Counted from the first letter of the stretch, positions 23,691 through 37,571 are shown. The stretch: DNA of 64,000 nt from Azolla caroliniana (GCA_043228905.1 JBHGNT010000001.1:29698001-29762000), one strand, 5' to 3'. A program made the numbers and translations. Notes: a model not told the origin generated them from the sequence alone.

Positions 23691-26600
23691 TTCTCCAGCG
23701 TTTCTTTTCCGTGTATATTTTATCATGCGTATTTCATTTATTTTTTCTAATGTATTTTACGTGCGTGTATCCTGTTTTCTACTATAAATATGTAGTTTTC
23801 ATGTCCAATTCTTGTCTATTCCTCTTAGTCTTCTTCTTCTTCTTCTTTCTAGATCACGAATCACCATTCTGTTAAATCACACGCTGAAATGTTTTCCCTT
23901 AGTTTTGATTCTGCTTCTAGTAGACCACTCATTCTTGGTCATGATTCTGTTATAATCGCGAATTTATTTCCCAGATTTAGCCTGAAATGATTTTTTGTCT
24001 TAGTTTTGCTTCTTTTGTCCAGGTCATGATTCTCTTGAAAGACACTAAGTGATGCATTTTCTCTAAATTGTTGATTGTGCGTCTAGCTAACAAGTCCCTG
24101 AAATCAAAAGCTATCTCTCGGTTTTATTCTGTTCCAAAAGCTATTATGCACAAGAATCAGTGAAAGACTGTGTTCTGCTGCTTGGTTTAGTCATATTCAG
24201 CATTGCAATGTACTTTGTCTTTCTTTCTCATTCCAAATACAGCGTGCTTTCGCAGCCATTATTTATAAGAACCAGTTAAAGATTGTGTTTTGATGCTTAG
24301 TCATCTAGTCTTGTTTAGACTTGAAATGTATTTCTTTTTCCATTCTTGGTGTACACTAAATGCAGGATGAACTTTGTCTGCAATTATTTGAATGAATCAT
24401 TGGAAGTTTGTATTTTGCTGCGTTCTTCCGTCATACTTAGCCTTGAAATTCCATATTTTGTCTTTCCGTATAACATGATTTTCAAAATCTATCATACACA
24501 AGAATCAGTGAAAGATTGCGGTTTTTTGGCAGGCTATGTCATATTTAGCCTTGAAATGTATTTCTTTCGTCTTTTTCATCTTGAACTCACCAGGATCAGT
24601 TGAAGATTGTACGTTGGTGTTTGGTCCGGTCATATTTTCCTTGGAATGCATTTCTTTTTTCTTTCTCATTATGAACATAGTGTGATTTTCACAGCTAAAG
24701 TTGGTCATACCCTCTTATACAAGTTGGTCTTACTAAACAACAAATCAAATTGAAGTAAAAAAAAAGTAAAAAAAATGGATAGAGGAACCCAATGCTCCTG
24801 ACCACCCCTAAGCTATGATGGAGACATAGCCAACCTTCCACCGATGTCCCATCCTAATGGATATTCTAATGATTAGTACCTTGGAAGAGTTAACACGATC
24901 ATCGCGATGAAAGCCTGGCCCACACTGCTGGTGTCTCGCGACTACAACCTTTCGACATAACGTGTTTATGTGGATAGCTAATCCTCATATTTATAAACTT
25001 CCCAGGCCCCTTGAATATGTGTGCCTTTTTAAAAGACTCTCCATACATTGGTTGCCAAGGTCATGATAGTGCATACACCTATCCAATCCCATAAGTCCCT
25101 TTCTAACATTAATTAACATATCCTTCACTTATGGTTTGTAAATATTAATGACCTACCTGCACCTTTGTTATGTGTACAGAACACTAAAACACCATAATAC
25201 CTCTAGAGTTGTGGATATCTACCAAAGCATGTCTATATTTTCTCATTTCACCAAAAGATATTTGTGTTATGAAATGGTTTTCTTTTAAGTTTTTGAAAAC
25301 TTAGATTTATTATTATAAATATCAAGAAAAGTAGGTGATAAACGCCTAACAATGACACCTGAATTTAGAGTATTCTATTTCTGGACTTAAATTCAGGATA
25401 GAGGCATGATAATAGATCATTGCAACTTGCAAGTACCTAATCTAAAGGCCGAACAAGAGCTAGGAATGTTCAATGCTCACAGAAAAGTAGGTATCAAATA
25501 TATCCCGCTTGGCAAAGTAAAGATCTCTCCTAATAACATCAGGAAGGCAATGATCATGAAGAAGGACCACACGATATCATCAGTAGATTTAATAGGTAAG
25601 CTTATGGCCAGTTTTTCAAGAAATTATAGAAGAAATCAGTTTAGATCAATACCAAAGCATTTGAATTTAAAAGTTCTCTTTCTCAGCTAGTCACCTTCAT
25701 TCGCACAACCCAATGCATATAATTTATATACCCAATTTGATGGAATGGAATCTATACCTTTAAGAGACAACATGATACATTTATTTGTAGGACTTTGAAT
25801 CCATCAACATTTAGAAGTAGTTAGAAATTTGAGCCCATTTATTTAAGTTATTAGCTTGAATATTGGACAAGTACTAAATTAAATGAGAGCATAACTGCAG
25901 GCATGTCACTCTTAAGGGCCATCAAGGACTATGAATGTTAGGTTTTAAGAGAAGAACAATAACAAGACTTGAGGTAGGAATGTATCAAATAGGGCAATGA
26001 TTGTGAATGTAAGATAAATGAGAATAATGCAAGACCACTTCAAGCCTAACTTTAGGATTATATCGTGTCTATAAATCTTGCTAAGCGGAATAAACCTGCA
26101 TCAATTTGGTGACTAAGAAATTTTTGCTTTCCTTGTCCCATAATCACACTTATACACAACAAATGCACATCCTTTATGTAATCTAGATGGGGGGGAATAT
26201 ATGCACTTCAACCTGAATGAAGGTATGGGTGACTCCTAAAGAGGCAACAAAGCGTAGTACAGGAATTAGTTACAATTTGGAAGCAAAGTAGTCATGTTTC
26301 CTGGAGTTGCATTTTTTGGTATTTCTGGTTTCAAATACACTAAATGCAGCAATTTTTGTTTGCTAATATATGCAATAATCAGTTAAACAATTATTGGAGA
26401 TTTTATGATATTTCTGGATTGACTTAATTACTTGATGGCTGTTTATTTCTCTCCCTTCTCTCTCTATGTCCTTTTGGTTCACTTTCTAAACTGCATAATC
26501 ATGATACTCTCAAGTCATAACCTGAATAATTAACGTTGTCTTAGAATGTATTTTTTTTTCTCCATTTTTCATTTGAACTACCAGGGGCTGTATGATTTTC

Positions 26601-29600
26601 TCTGTTACCGTGCATTTAAATGTTTGAGTTAACGGTTGTTTGGAGGTCTATATGTTAAACAAGCATATCAAATGGAATCTCATTAGATAAAAACTCCAAT
26701 TTGGAACATATAGGTCAAATCATTCCAAATAAAAATAGTTCAGCGCATATTCAGTGTGTGTACTGTTTTGCCTACTTCAACATCCAAAACTTATGAACAC
26801 TACCTGCTTATATACTTATTATACTGCAATAATGGTTCTACAGTGACAAGCAGCTCAGTGTGGTTTAACATCCCTATAGCAACATGTATCCTTGTCTTCC
26901 TCCGATATCTCTCTATGGAGTGGGAGATCCATAAAAGAGCTGAAACACCAGATATTCCCTCACATCTTGCGCACTTGGCAAAGTATCAACTATCTGTGCA
27001 TAGTCCACTTCTAAGCTCTCCACCCATATCAATGACATGGAGGAGGAAGTTTGAGTCACCAGCTATTGAGGCCAGCGTTGATAACTTTACACGGCATATT
27101 GTGAAAGAATTCGTAACTGATTCCTGGTATTCTGGACTGTCACCTGACAGAAATGTTCCTGAACAAATCCGATATTTTATCAAGGACATATTAGCTGAGT
27201 TAGGACAAAGAATCAAGCGAATCAACTTGATCAATCTGATAACAAGGTATAGTTCTCATAATCTCAAGCGTTTATTTTGAGGGGAAAACTTCAAAATAAC
27301 CAGGTTTTATTTCATTTCCCCAAGGAGAAAAAGGAGAAAAATTGACCATACAATTGCTTAAATAACTCAAATGAAGGAGATAAATTGTCTATGTAATTGC
27401 TCAAGGAGGAGTTGCCAAGGGCATTTGAGAAATAACAAAAATTTAGGGCATTTGAGGAAATAAAGTAAAAGTGAGGTGTATTTCAAAGTCTTTCCCTGAT
27501 ATTATTGGAATTTGTCATGCTGATAGTTAAAATGATTATAGGGACATTGTAGAATTGGTAGGGAATCATTTGATGCTCTTCAGGCAGATGAAAGGCAACA
27601 TAAAAAACTTTGATTCTCTCTCATCTGAAGAAAGGGAAGAAAGTTTGAAAAGAGCACTGATTAAAAGCAATCAGCTTCACCCAGCACTTCATTCTCAAGA
27701 GTTTGAAACCAAGGTAATTTCTCTCTTTGATAATCATTGGCAAATCTGATTTCTAAAACATTGGATGAGAAGATTTGACACTGTGTAGGCTATTTATTTT
27801 ATTGCTTTTGCAAGGTCCTACAACATTTGATGAGTGGCATGGTTGCAGTTGTTTTGCAACCTCAAGATGTGCAATGCTCTGTGTTGAGAGGCTTGGCCCG
27901 TGAGCTTCTGGCCTGTGCAGTGATGCGGCCTATCATGAATATTGCAAATCCTGGGTAAATTCTCCTTGGGAAAAACTTTGAAAATCTTCGTATGTCTCCA
28001 ATACCCCTCGTTTTAAATAGTCTCAGTGAAACCCCAAGAGTGAGAAAAGTGGATCAAATTAACCATATAATTGCTTGTTCAAATTGCAAATAATTGATCT
28101 TCTGGGTTTTGGCATGGTGTATCTTGCGAAATGAAGAAAATTTTGACTATTTCAAAGTTATTCACTTCTATTTCTTTACATAATTCTTTGTCCTGAAAGT
28201 TTGTTTATGCACCTGTAATATAATATGTCTTTTTTTTAAACTGTTGCAGATTCATAAATAAAAACATTGAAAAAGCAATAATTTCACTTAAGGAAAAGTC
28301 ACAGATAAAGAATGGTGCTGTTTCTGCTGCAATGTGCTCAACAAGTGAAAATTTGCAAGAAGGTTGTGCTGATCTATCAAATTCCAATAAAAATGCATCC
28401 CGGGGAAACAGGATATCAGAGGGAGCTCTCAGGTATGATAATGCAGCAAAGCAGGAGAGCTCAACAAGGGCACTTCTTTCTGAGAATCGTCACAATGTAT
28501 CAAAGGAACAAAATTCAAGAGGAATGCGAAGCTCTGTATCAACTTTGACTGCTGACAAAAAAGCAGTGAGGCGATCTCAGGTAGCAAAACAGGAGAATCA
28601 GAAGATGAACCAGGTTATACAGATGGAGGACACCCTGAGACCCATAGCATCAGAATTTTCTATTGCATCAAAGGATATGAGGCAACTTTCCGAGGTACCC
28701 AAACTAGAGAAGAGGAAGGAATATCTTCCCAGCAGTCAAAGTTATGGATATGGATCACCTCAGTCAGACGCACGTGGCAGTGTTAGTGTCAAGGATGTAT
28801 GGGATACCAATCTAGGTGTTCGACACTCCTCAACAATTACATCATCAAACTATGGAGAGCGTCTATTTAGTGAACCTAGAAGTAATGTCTTAAAGCATCG
28901 GCATACGAGCATAGAACCCATGCAAGTGGATCTAAACAGTGATAGCAATCTAGGCTACTTGAATACACAGGCAATCCAATATCCTTTGGGAAATAGTGAT
29001 GCAGATTCTGCAGCAAATTGGTTCACTGAATATGGAGAGACATTTGGGCAAGATTCATCAATTTACTCACCAGTCCCAAAATTGAATTGTTGGGTAAGGA
29101 AGATGCTTGTGGATACTCAATGACTTGTAAAAGCAAGTTTAATGATATCCTAAAAACAAGATATAATCTTGTGAACTAGTTCAAACTAGGATTTGCTCAT
29201 TGTTAGCTTTGTGACAAATAGAGTAATTCCTACAGGTTGTTGGAGCACATTTGGAAAAAGCTTCATCCAACACATTTGCTGTTTATTCTATTGCAGTCAC
29301 AGATTCTGACAACAACACATGGTTTGTGGAAAGAAGGTATAATGATTAGAGTTTCTCTCTTTGAGGGTGGTGAGTTTTTTTGTCCATTCTTGGTAACCAG
29401 GCAAAACAAAATCTTTCTAATGCAATTTAAATATTGAATTATTTTTAGGTTTCGGAATTTTGAGCAACTTCATCGAAAACTTCGTGACTTGCATCAGTAC
29501 AACCTTCAGTTGCCACCCAAAAGATTTTTGGGATCAAGCCTAGATGATGGTTTTGTCCGAGATAGGTGTATTCTTCTAGATAAATATTTAAAAGTAAGTC

Positions 29601-32600
29601 TGTGTTTAGGAGAAATTACCTGAGATAGTTAAAAGTATGATTTTGTTAGTGACCTATCTATTTGGGGCATGACAGGATTTACTTTCTATTCCAAGTATCG
29701 CGGAGCTTCATGAAGTCTGGGATTTTCTTAGTGTCACCTCAAAGGTAAACTTTTGTGGAGTGAACTGGAAATGGGGAAAGCCAAAAGTATATTTGCTCCA
29801 TTCTGAAGATAGTAGTTCTCTGTTTATTGTCTAATTATATTGCATATTTGACAGAGCTATGCTCATTCAAAGTCTCCCTCTGTCATGAAAACCTTAGCAG
29901 GTGCGTTTTGTAGGATATATGTGGTTGATCTGTAAAAGTTTGAGCTGGAAATGTGTTCTAATATGGATTTTGCCAACAGTTAATGTTGATGATGCAGTGG
30001 ATGACATGTTTCGGCAACTGAAAGGAGTCTCTGATGGTTTGTTACGACGCGTTGGTGGGCCTTCATCAGAAGAGATATCTCATGTCATGGCTGGAGATAG
30101 GCAAAAACTGCAATGCACACAAGAAAGATTAGCTGGTAGTAACAGTAGCCAATTTGAAAGAGGGAAATTAGAACAAGATTCAGATGACGAATATGGTGAA
30201 GATGAGGTTGTTGATCTGATGGAAGGTTCAGCCTCTGATGATGGTACTAATAATCCCTTTTTGCCACATGGAAGAAGACTTGTTCGAGGAGGCTCAGATG
30301 CTTTTTCCCTTGAAGAGTCTACTGCGGGCTCTGAGGTCTATGATGAAGAACCTACTGCACCAGCTGAGGTGAGTGATCCTCTAGAGAAATAAAACTAGTA
30401 TTTCCATGTTCATTTGAGGTGAGTGTAACACCAGTGTTGAGTTGCTAGCTGCTTTGAGGTGTAACTTGACTCATACACATGGTGGTTCCCACAGATGAGA
30501 GCTATTGTTGGTGGATACTTCCTTCCATAGTAAGTTTTTGTGTCTTGTCAATGCGACCAGAAGATGTAAACTTTTCAGAATTAAAACCCAGGTGGTGCCA
30601 CCAAATTATGTATGAAACCTAGGAGTTGACGATCATTGATAGCTTGGGACATAAATATAATGATATGGGGCTTTGATGTAAGTTCTAAGAGTTCATTTTA
30701 AGCTCTGGTTTTGCCAATTACTCTTAAAAGGATTCAAAAATAGAGAGAAATATAGAAGGATTATCTCTAAGATGTCATTGCCACATAGTTAGTGAGGCGA
30801 CCTGCTGCTAGGCCAGGTTTTGTTAAAGATGGGACCCAAGTAAGAATAGTCTTATCCTCTAAAGTTTTGTTAGTGCTTGATAATTTGTGAGCCGCCATTG
30901 AACCACCCCGGAGGCCCATCCTTCACTTCAAATTATTTTTCCTTGACTATTTTAGCTACTCGTTAAGTACTAGCTGTAGCTTCATTCAAATGCAAAATGT
31001 GTTCAGAAAATGTTATGTATGACATGTTCAGACATCCTGAATTGGTTGCATCAATGTAGATAAATTTTTTATGGTTGAAGCAACTACTCGTATAAATCTG
31101 CAAAATAATCTTCATCTAATTTGAGCGTGCCCAAGGACTTTAATGTGGTTGTGTCGGTGTTTGTAACAGTTGAATGTTTCAGTTTATATAAATTATATAG
31201 GCAAGTTTGTGCAGTGGTCTTATCATGTCATGGGTTGCAATCTTGCAGTATATTACATATGTCTTTTCAGATGTCCTATGTTTTAAGGAGATTAGTGGTT
31301 TCGCAAACCCTTTGCTAACGTCTATCTTTGCTTTCAGTGGACGCCTTCAAAATTGACAGAGCCTCTGCTTAATTTGATTGACAATGTCTTCCAGCTACAT
31401 GATAAACATTGGATAAGGTTGTTATACCTCAAATGGAGTGATCTTTAACAAGGTTAACATGACTTGGTGGCATCTTGCAGACATTGGAATGTGCAACCAA
31501 GGGTTAAATGAGCTTTTTCTGGGTATTTGTAGGCGCCAGGTTTTCTGGATAGCCAAGCAGATATTGCAACTGGGTATGGGAGATGCCGTTGATGATTGGT
31601 TAATGTCACAAATACAATTCCTAATGCAGGAGGATGTGGTGGTAACATCTATAAAGGCAGTAGAAAATGTATGCTAATATTCAATTCAATAACTGTGATC
31701 ATTATGCTTCATATTGTTAGCCTGACACAATAACTTGTTCATAATGCTTGCAGATCTTGTGGCCTGGTGGTGTTTTTATTACAAAGGCAAGGAAAAATGA
31801 AGAAAATGCTGCTGGATCTGCACTTGTCGGGAACAAGGTTGTCAAGCAGGATTCTCAGAAAGGAATGGAGCAGCAGTCGGCGTTTTTTGAATCACAATTG
31901 GAAGCTGCCCGATGTGCACGTGTAGTTTATGAAGCTCTAGTTGGTGAGTTATACTATCTTGTTTTATTTCAATGTTTTTTGGATCCTTAGAGCTCCATTT
32001 CTTGGGTTGAGTGTAAAACTTAACTTGATTATCACTTAGAAATCCAGTGAGGTTATACACTTTTCTTCCAAATGAGTTAAGGTTTTGAAATACTATATTA
32101 GCTTTCCTTTTTCCACCTTCCACAATGCTAGGAAAAACAAATTACATAAGTGGCAAGATGATGGTGCTATTTATCTGATAGATGTATATACCTGTTAGAA
32201 TATGGGATCAGGACGTACACACACTACCAAAGTTCACTACCAAACTGAAAACACCTTCACACGTTCATTCCAATACAACCAAATTCTGGACAAGTGAAGG
32301 TTGCTGGTTATCAGCTGATAATTAGTGTTTCTTATGTCCTTTCTACGCGTCCTCATTTCAATAAAGGGTATTGATTTGAAGTACTGACATTTCAAATACT
32401 GATAAGGGTTTACTTTGGAAAGGCTGGCTGCTGGAATACATTAAGTTAAATAAACATCTTGATATATATCCTAGATTTCCCACGTTGGCATTGATTTTTT
32501 CCTCTACCTAGTATTTTTTCCAGAGCTTATGTGGTGCATCACTTGTCCAGCCTTTTCAAATTACTAAAATGCCCAATATTATGTGGCCTTCTTTGTCTTT

Positions 32601-32976
32601 TTAAGTTTTGTATTCTGATTTGTCTTTTCTTGTAAAGTTGGTGATAAAATAAAGACTTAATCATTAATTGTATTTGTATAGATGGTGCACCTGCACCTCT
32701 GATAAGCTTTCTGGGAAAACACGAGTATGTTAAAAGTGCAAAAGATGTCTATTACTTTTTGCAGGTGATTTTCTAACATTAACTATGTACATACTTCTTG
32801 ATTGATCACGTTCTTATTGTATAAAACCTAATCTAGTTTCTTTTTTGTGGGAATAGTCTTCAGTTTTCGTAAAGCAGATGATGTACTGCATCTTAGAGAC
32901 ACTTCTTGCAACAACATTTCCAGAACTGGCCCAGTTTATTCTAGATGTACGTCAAGAATCTTTCATAAATTTATGA
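23540..32976 (+). CDS. PXA-PX-PXC (Nexin_C) sorting nexin-like protein (At2g15900/At1g15240-like), 15 exons, ~1002 aa
   Basis: Exons 23540-23630, 26844-27246, 27542-27713, 27815-27954, 28250-29093, 29236-29336, 29449-29593, 29676-29744, 29855-29900, 29980-30368, 31338-31417, 31533-31668, 31754-31943, 32682-32764, 32857-32976. N-terminal TM pair, PXA (FVTDSWYSGLSPD, RELLACAVMRP), PX (FAVYSIAV..WFVERRFRNFEQLH..LPPK..EVWDFLS) and PXC (WIRRQVFW, LWPGG, FPEL). Confidence 0.92.
23880..24708. repeat. Degenerate ~110-bp tandem array in sorting nexin intron 1
   Basis: aatcagtgaaagattgtg..gtcatatttagccttgaaatgtatttc recurs near 24155, 24270, 24394, 24501 and 24594. Related units reappear at ~26291-26590. 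Confidence 0.75.
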
Positions 32977-33223
32977 GTTCAAATATGAGAAAGTTAAAAT
33001 TGCATCCTAATGTGGTGCTCCCTCTTGGGTTAATATATTGTACATTCAGCATTTGTTACTAATTGTTCCTTCACTAACATAGAGTTTATATCAATATGAA
33101 CTGTCTATCACGTGAGTGAAATATATTTTGAGTTGATCTATATTCAATATTGTGTACAAGGATTACATGAAAAGATCAGGATAGTAAAATTTCTTGCCAT
33201 TCAATTACGGTTGGTTTTCTGAC

Positions 33224-34102
33224 TCAGTTCATGTAAAACTTAGCTGAGAGTATATATAGACAGATTTGTAATCCAATACACAGCATTTGTGATCTCAATT
33301 TATTCTATCATTAAAACAAAGTATCAAATGTGTCAAATAAACTCTAGTTACTTGGAACATTTGGACAAGTACTTTCTTGCTTTCACACTAGCCTCTACAT
33401 CAATGGAGTGCTTCCATGCCAGACTTGACTTAGGAGCTGAAACAATACCACCACAATGCAACTGGGGTCATCAATTACCTTTAATATTTGAGCACTTCCG
33501 TTTGCATTTTCACTGAATAAAAGAAATACTGAAGACGAATGAAAATGCTTGTGGATGTATCAAAGTTTTGCTTTCTATGCAAACATATACATTGAAACAC
33601 CCTCAAATACGCAAAATATAAGATGGATGCAAACACATATGTCTATGACATACATATGCATGTACATATTCATCACGTGCATAATTTACAAAAGTTTACC
33701 AAGCCTGGCGAAAGTTGAAAATTTCAAGGTTTCTTTTAAATTTTCCTTTTTACCAAGCCTGGCATAAGATCCCTAGGGATGGCAATTGACAAGTCTGTTT
33801 TGATCAAAGCTTTCCCCGAGCTAGAACCACAACACCATAGGCACTGTTTTCAGATTATCACAAATCACGACAAGATACATGCGTATTAAGGAGATCCAAT
33901 TAAAAGTAATAATAACAATAAATACAATTAAAAATAACCAAAATGAAGGCTTAGATTAAAAGACAAAACTCTTGGTTGTCAACTTGTGGACTAATGATTT
34001 ACATGTGCAATATACTGAAGGTTAATGAATAGCAAAAACATTGAAGCCTTTAGGCACATCATTATATACTACATTTGTGTTTAAACTAAGAGTTTACTAA
34101 AT
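33224..34102 (-). pseudogene. Partial tandem duplicate of dUTPase (frameshifted exon 2, truncated exon 3, no exon 1)
   Basis: Copy of 34103-35339 with internal deletions. The exon-2 copy at ~33753-33842 has two 1-bp deletions. The exon-3 fragment at ~33390-33436 reads [15 protein letters not shown] instead of [15 protein letters not shown] and then breaks off. Confidence 0.85.
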
Positions 34103-34360
34103 TCAGTTCATGTAGACCTTAGCTGGAAGTATATATAGACAGATTTGCAGGTCTCAAATATGATATGCGCAACAGCGTTTGACAATTCATGAATCTCAGT
34201 ACACAGCATTTGTGATCTCAATTTATTCTATCATTAAACAAAGTATCAAACGGCACAAATAAAACTCTAGTTACGTGGAACATTTGGAACATTTGGACAA
34301 GAAGATCTCAATATATTTCCCAAATTCATTTGAGGTTGTAGAGTAAATCAATAAAAAGTA

Positions 34361-35721
34361 TTAAGACGACGACAGTACACCAATGCCTGTAGAGCCAAAC
34401 CCACCACTGCCTCTGGTAGTGCTCTCTAAATCCTCAACCTCCATGACATCAGGTGTAACAATCCTCTCAAGGATGAGTTGCGCTACACGGTCACCAGCTT
34501 TGACAGCAAAATCTTGGTCTGAGTGATTAAAGAGGATGACTCCAACAGGCCCTCGGTAATCAGCATCAATCACACCAGCCCCTACATCAATGGAGTGCTT
34601 CCATGCCAGACCTGACCTAGGAGCTGACACAATACCACCACAATGCAACTGGGGTCATCAATTACCTTTAATATTTGAGCACTTCTGTTGTCTGCATTTT
34701 TACTGAATAAAAGAAATACTGAAGACAAATGAAAATGCTTGTGGATGCATCATAGTTTTGCTTTCGATGCAAACATATAGATTGAAACACCCTCAAATAC
34801 GCAAAATATAAGATGGATGCAAATACATGTCTATGACATATGTACATATGCATGTACGTATTCGTCACATGTGTGTGCGTAATTTACAGAAGTTGAAAAT
34901 TCAAGATTTCTTTTAAAATTTCCTTTTTACCAAGCCTGGCATAAGATCCCTCAGGAATGGCAATTGACAAGTCCGTTTTGATCAAAGCTTTTCCCCGAGC
35001 TGGAACCACATCATCATAGGCACTGTTTTCGGATGATCACAAATCACGCCAAGATACATGAGTGTTAAGGAGATCCAATCAAAAATATAAATACAATTAA
35101 AAATAACCAAAATGATGGCTAAGATTAAAAGACAAAACTCTTGGTGGTCAACTTGTGGACTAATGATTTACACACATGCAATGTATCTCTTCGAGCCACA
35201 TTAATGGTGACGATTTAAGCATGATTTCCACATATTCAAGAAACATACTTAAGGTTAATGAATACCAAAAACATTGAAGCCTTTAGGCACAGCATTACAT
35301 AATACTACATTTGTGTTTAAACTAAGAGTTTACTAAATTAATAACTGTTCATAAAAAAAAAGGCATTTTATTTGCTCCACAAATTAAAAGAACAAAATGA
35401 TCAGTAAATCTTCATGAAAGCTAAACATAAAACATTTAAATAAGATAGAAAAGAAAAGAAAAAAGAAAGTTTGCCTTTTTTAATTGACCTGGATATGTCG
35501 TAACCCGCCGCGAGCGCCGAACCTCGAGAAGGAATAATGGCGTTGGCCGAGAGCTTCTTAACGAGAAGGTTTTTATTAGTGTTATGGTGAAGGACAGGAA
35601 GTTTATGGTTGTTCTGCTCACTGAGGACACTGAGGTTATGGTTCGGTTCCAAACCCGAGATCGAGGAAGCAGCCATGGCGAGCTTGCGGAGACCTGCGAC
35701 TCTACAGCAACTACTGATCAT
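34361..35721 (-). CDS. DUT1: dUTP diphosphatase (dUTPase), 3 exons, ~195 aa (180 aa from the second ATG at 35676)
   Basis: Exons 35721-35489, 35022-34931, 34623-34361. All five motifs are present: [43 protein letters not shown]. Confidence 0.96.
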
Positions 35722-35724
35722 ACG

Positions 35725-35761
<37 letters not shown>

Positions 35762-36129
35762 ATATATATATATATATATATATATATATTCTCATTTGGT
35801 TTTTCGTTGCGAGAGTTTTGGGCGGGAGAAGAGGGGCATGGGCTTGGTGTGTTCACACTTGGGCAGGCCAACCAACCCATGTGGCTGTCCGCCTCCTTTT
35901 CCCTACCCGAACTTAATGGAAAATCATGTGATAATTATATCCATGCTGCGATTGTAACATGATAGAGATGGATGGTTTCAAGGTTGGCTCATTAGATGGC
36001 CATGCCATGTAACCTCATTGACTCCATTAATGCATTGCTGTTAAGTGCAACATGTATGGTTATCTAAATAAAGACTTATTTTACGTAGCCAACTAGTACG
36101 TATCACGCAATTACATTTAACCAATCATT

Positions 36130-36137
36130 GCGGGAAA
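36130..36137 (-). promoter_or_regulatory. Canonical E2F site (TTTCCCGC) upstream of dUTPase
   Basis: GCGGGAAA on + lies ~410 bp upstream of the dUTPase ATG. A second E2F-like TCTCCCGCC (~35821-35829) and a site II TGGGCT (35839) lie nearer. This fits an S-phase gene. Confidence 0.5.
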
Positions 36138-36777
36138 TAAGCAAATAGTCAGTAGTGGTGGTTCTACCAAGTGAGGAGTAAGTACTAAAGAAAGACTAGA
36201 GGTGGTACTCTAAATTATTTGTCTTGTTAAATGCGGAGGAACACAACTAATTTGATAGTGATAAAACATAGTACTACATAAAGAGACTTTGAAAATAAAA
36301 GTAGTACAAAGCACCTTGTTGTACTAATGCCCCCTTTCTCTCAAATGAAAGAGTAAATTAGATTCTTCTTTTATCTCTTCCTCCTCTGCTTCTTCCTCCT
36401 TGGTGAAGATTTGAAGTTAAAGGTATTCCCTCTAATTGCTCTTATGATATTTTGTTTGTTCTCCTTATTAATTTATGTTACTTGCAAATGTATCCTCTTG
36501 CTATTCATCAATATGTAGATTGTGTAAACCACCAATATGTCAAGCTCATTTGAGGTCTTCTTCATTAGTAGGGCAATAGAAACCATGCATAATTATTATA
36601 AGACGAAATTTTCTTGATGCATCATTTGCTAAATGCAGTTTGGTGTAAATCATTATGACTAGGGAGAAGATACATATGTCACCTTTATGAGGCAAGGTCC
36701 TAGTAAGTTTTAGCTAGCATGGTCCAGCGGTGAATCGGTGATGACATTAGAGAAACATACAAGAAAGCGTGCATTGC

Positions 36778-36966
36778 TCATGATGAACCAAACATTAATT
36801 CAAGAAGATATCTCTTCTAAATGGATTAAAAGTTCCAATCATTCTTGTCTCAGTGTTTCATGTTAGCCTTCTCATGATGAAACAAACATTAATTCAAGAA
36901 GACATCTCTTCTAAATGGATTAAAAGTTCCAATCATTCTTGTCCAATGTTTCATGTCGGCCTTCTG
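36778..36966. repeat. ~94-bp tandem duplication, intergenic
   Basis: catgatgaa.caaacattaattcaagaaga.atctcttctaaatggattaaaagttccaatc...gccttct occurs twice. Confidence 0.9.
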
Positions 36967-37571
36967 TATAGTGACCCTATAGCATAAAATAATCTCTTCA
37001 TTCGTTAAGTGGGGCTGGGTAAGGTTCAAGGTTTTTTCAAGTTCACCATTCCCATGACATCGAAATTTTGTGCTAATTCTCTATAGACTCTTGTTGTTCC
37101 CTCTCTCGTGAAAGAGGTGAATGAAAACTACTCTGTTTGATTCTTGTTCTCGTCCTGAAAAATGAATGCATGAAGGGCCCAAACCAATAAGTCAATCTGC
37201 AACATTTATATATGTTATTAAAACCCCAGGAAAGTGATCCCGCAACTTCAATGTGTTCTCTTTTAAGTACATCAGTATATCCAGCTCAGAACTTATCACT
37301 ACCATTTTTGTTCATACTGAGAAACATTAACACAATAAGTTATTAACTTATAGCAAACCGGAAAGTTTTGTTACAATGGACTGATGCCTACTTATATTAC
37401 TCTTTTTTTTCACAACATTACATAGATGAAAACAAAGCTATATATAGAAACTGATTCGCAACTTTTAGCAATGCCTTAACATCACTAACATGCTGGAATT
37501 GGTGGTGCGAGGGGGGAAGATTCAAAAAAGTGCATTCTATGCTAAGATAACTAAACGAAAACAAATTCGTC

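Noticed and set aside
33224-35721. Viral or retroelement-borne dUTPase
   Set aside because: It has spliceosomal introns, an E2F-type promoter and no viral neighbours, so it is the ordinary host gene plus a local duplicate.
36778-36966. Tandem C/D snoRNA pair (each unit starts ATGATGA)
   Set aside because: No terminal CTGA D box and no recognisable rRNA antisense element; best explained as a plain duplication.
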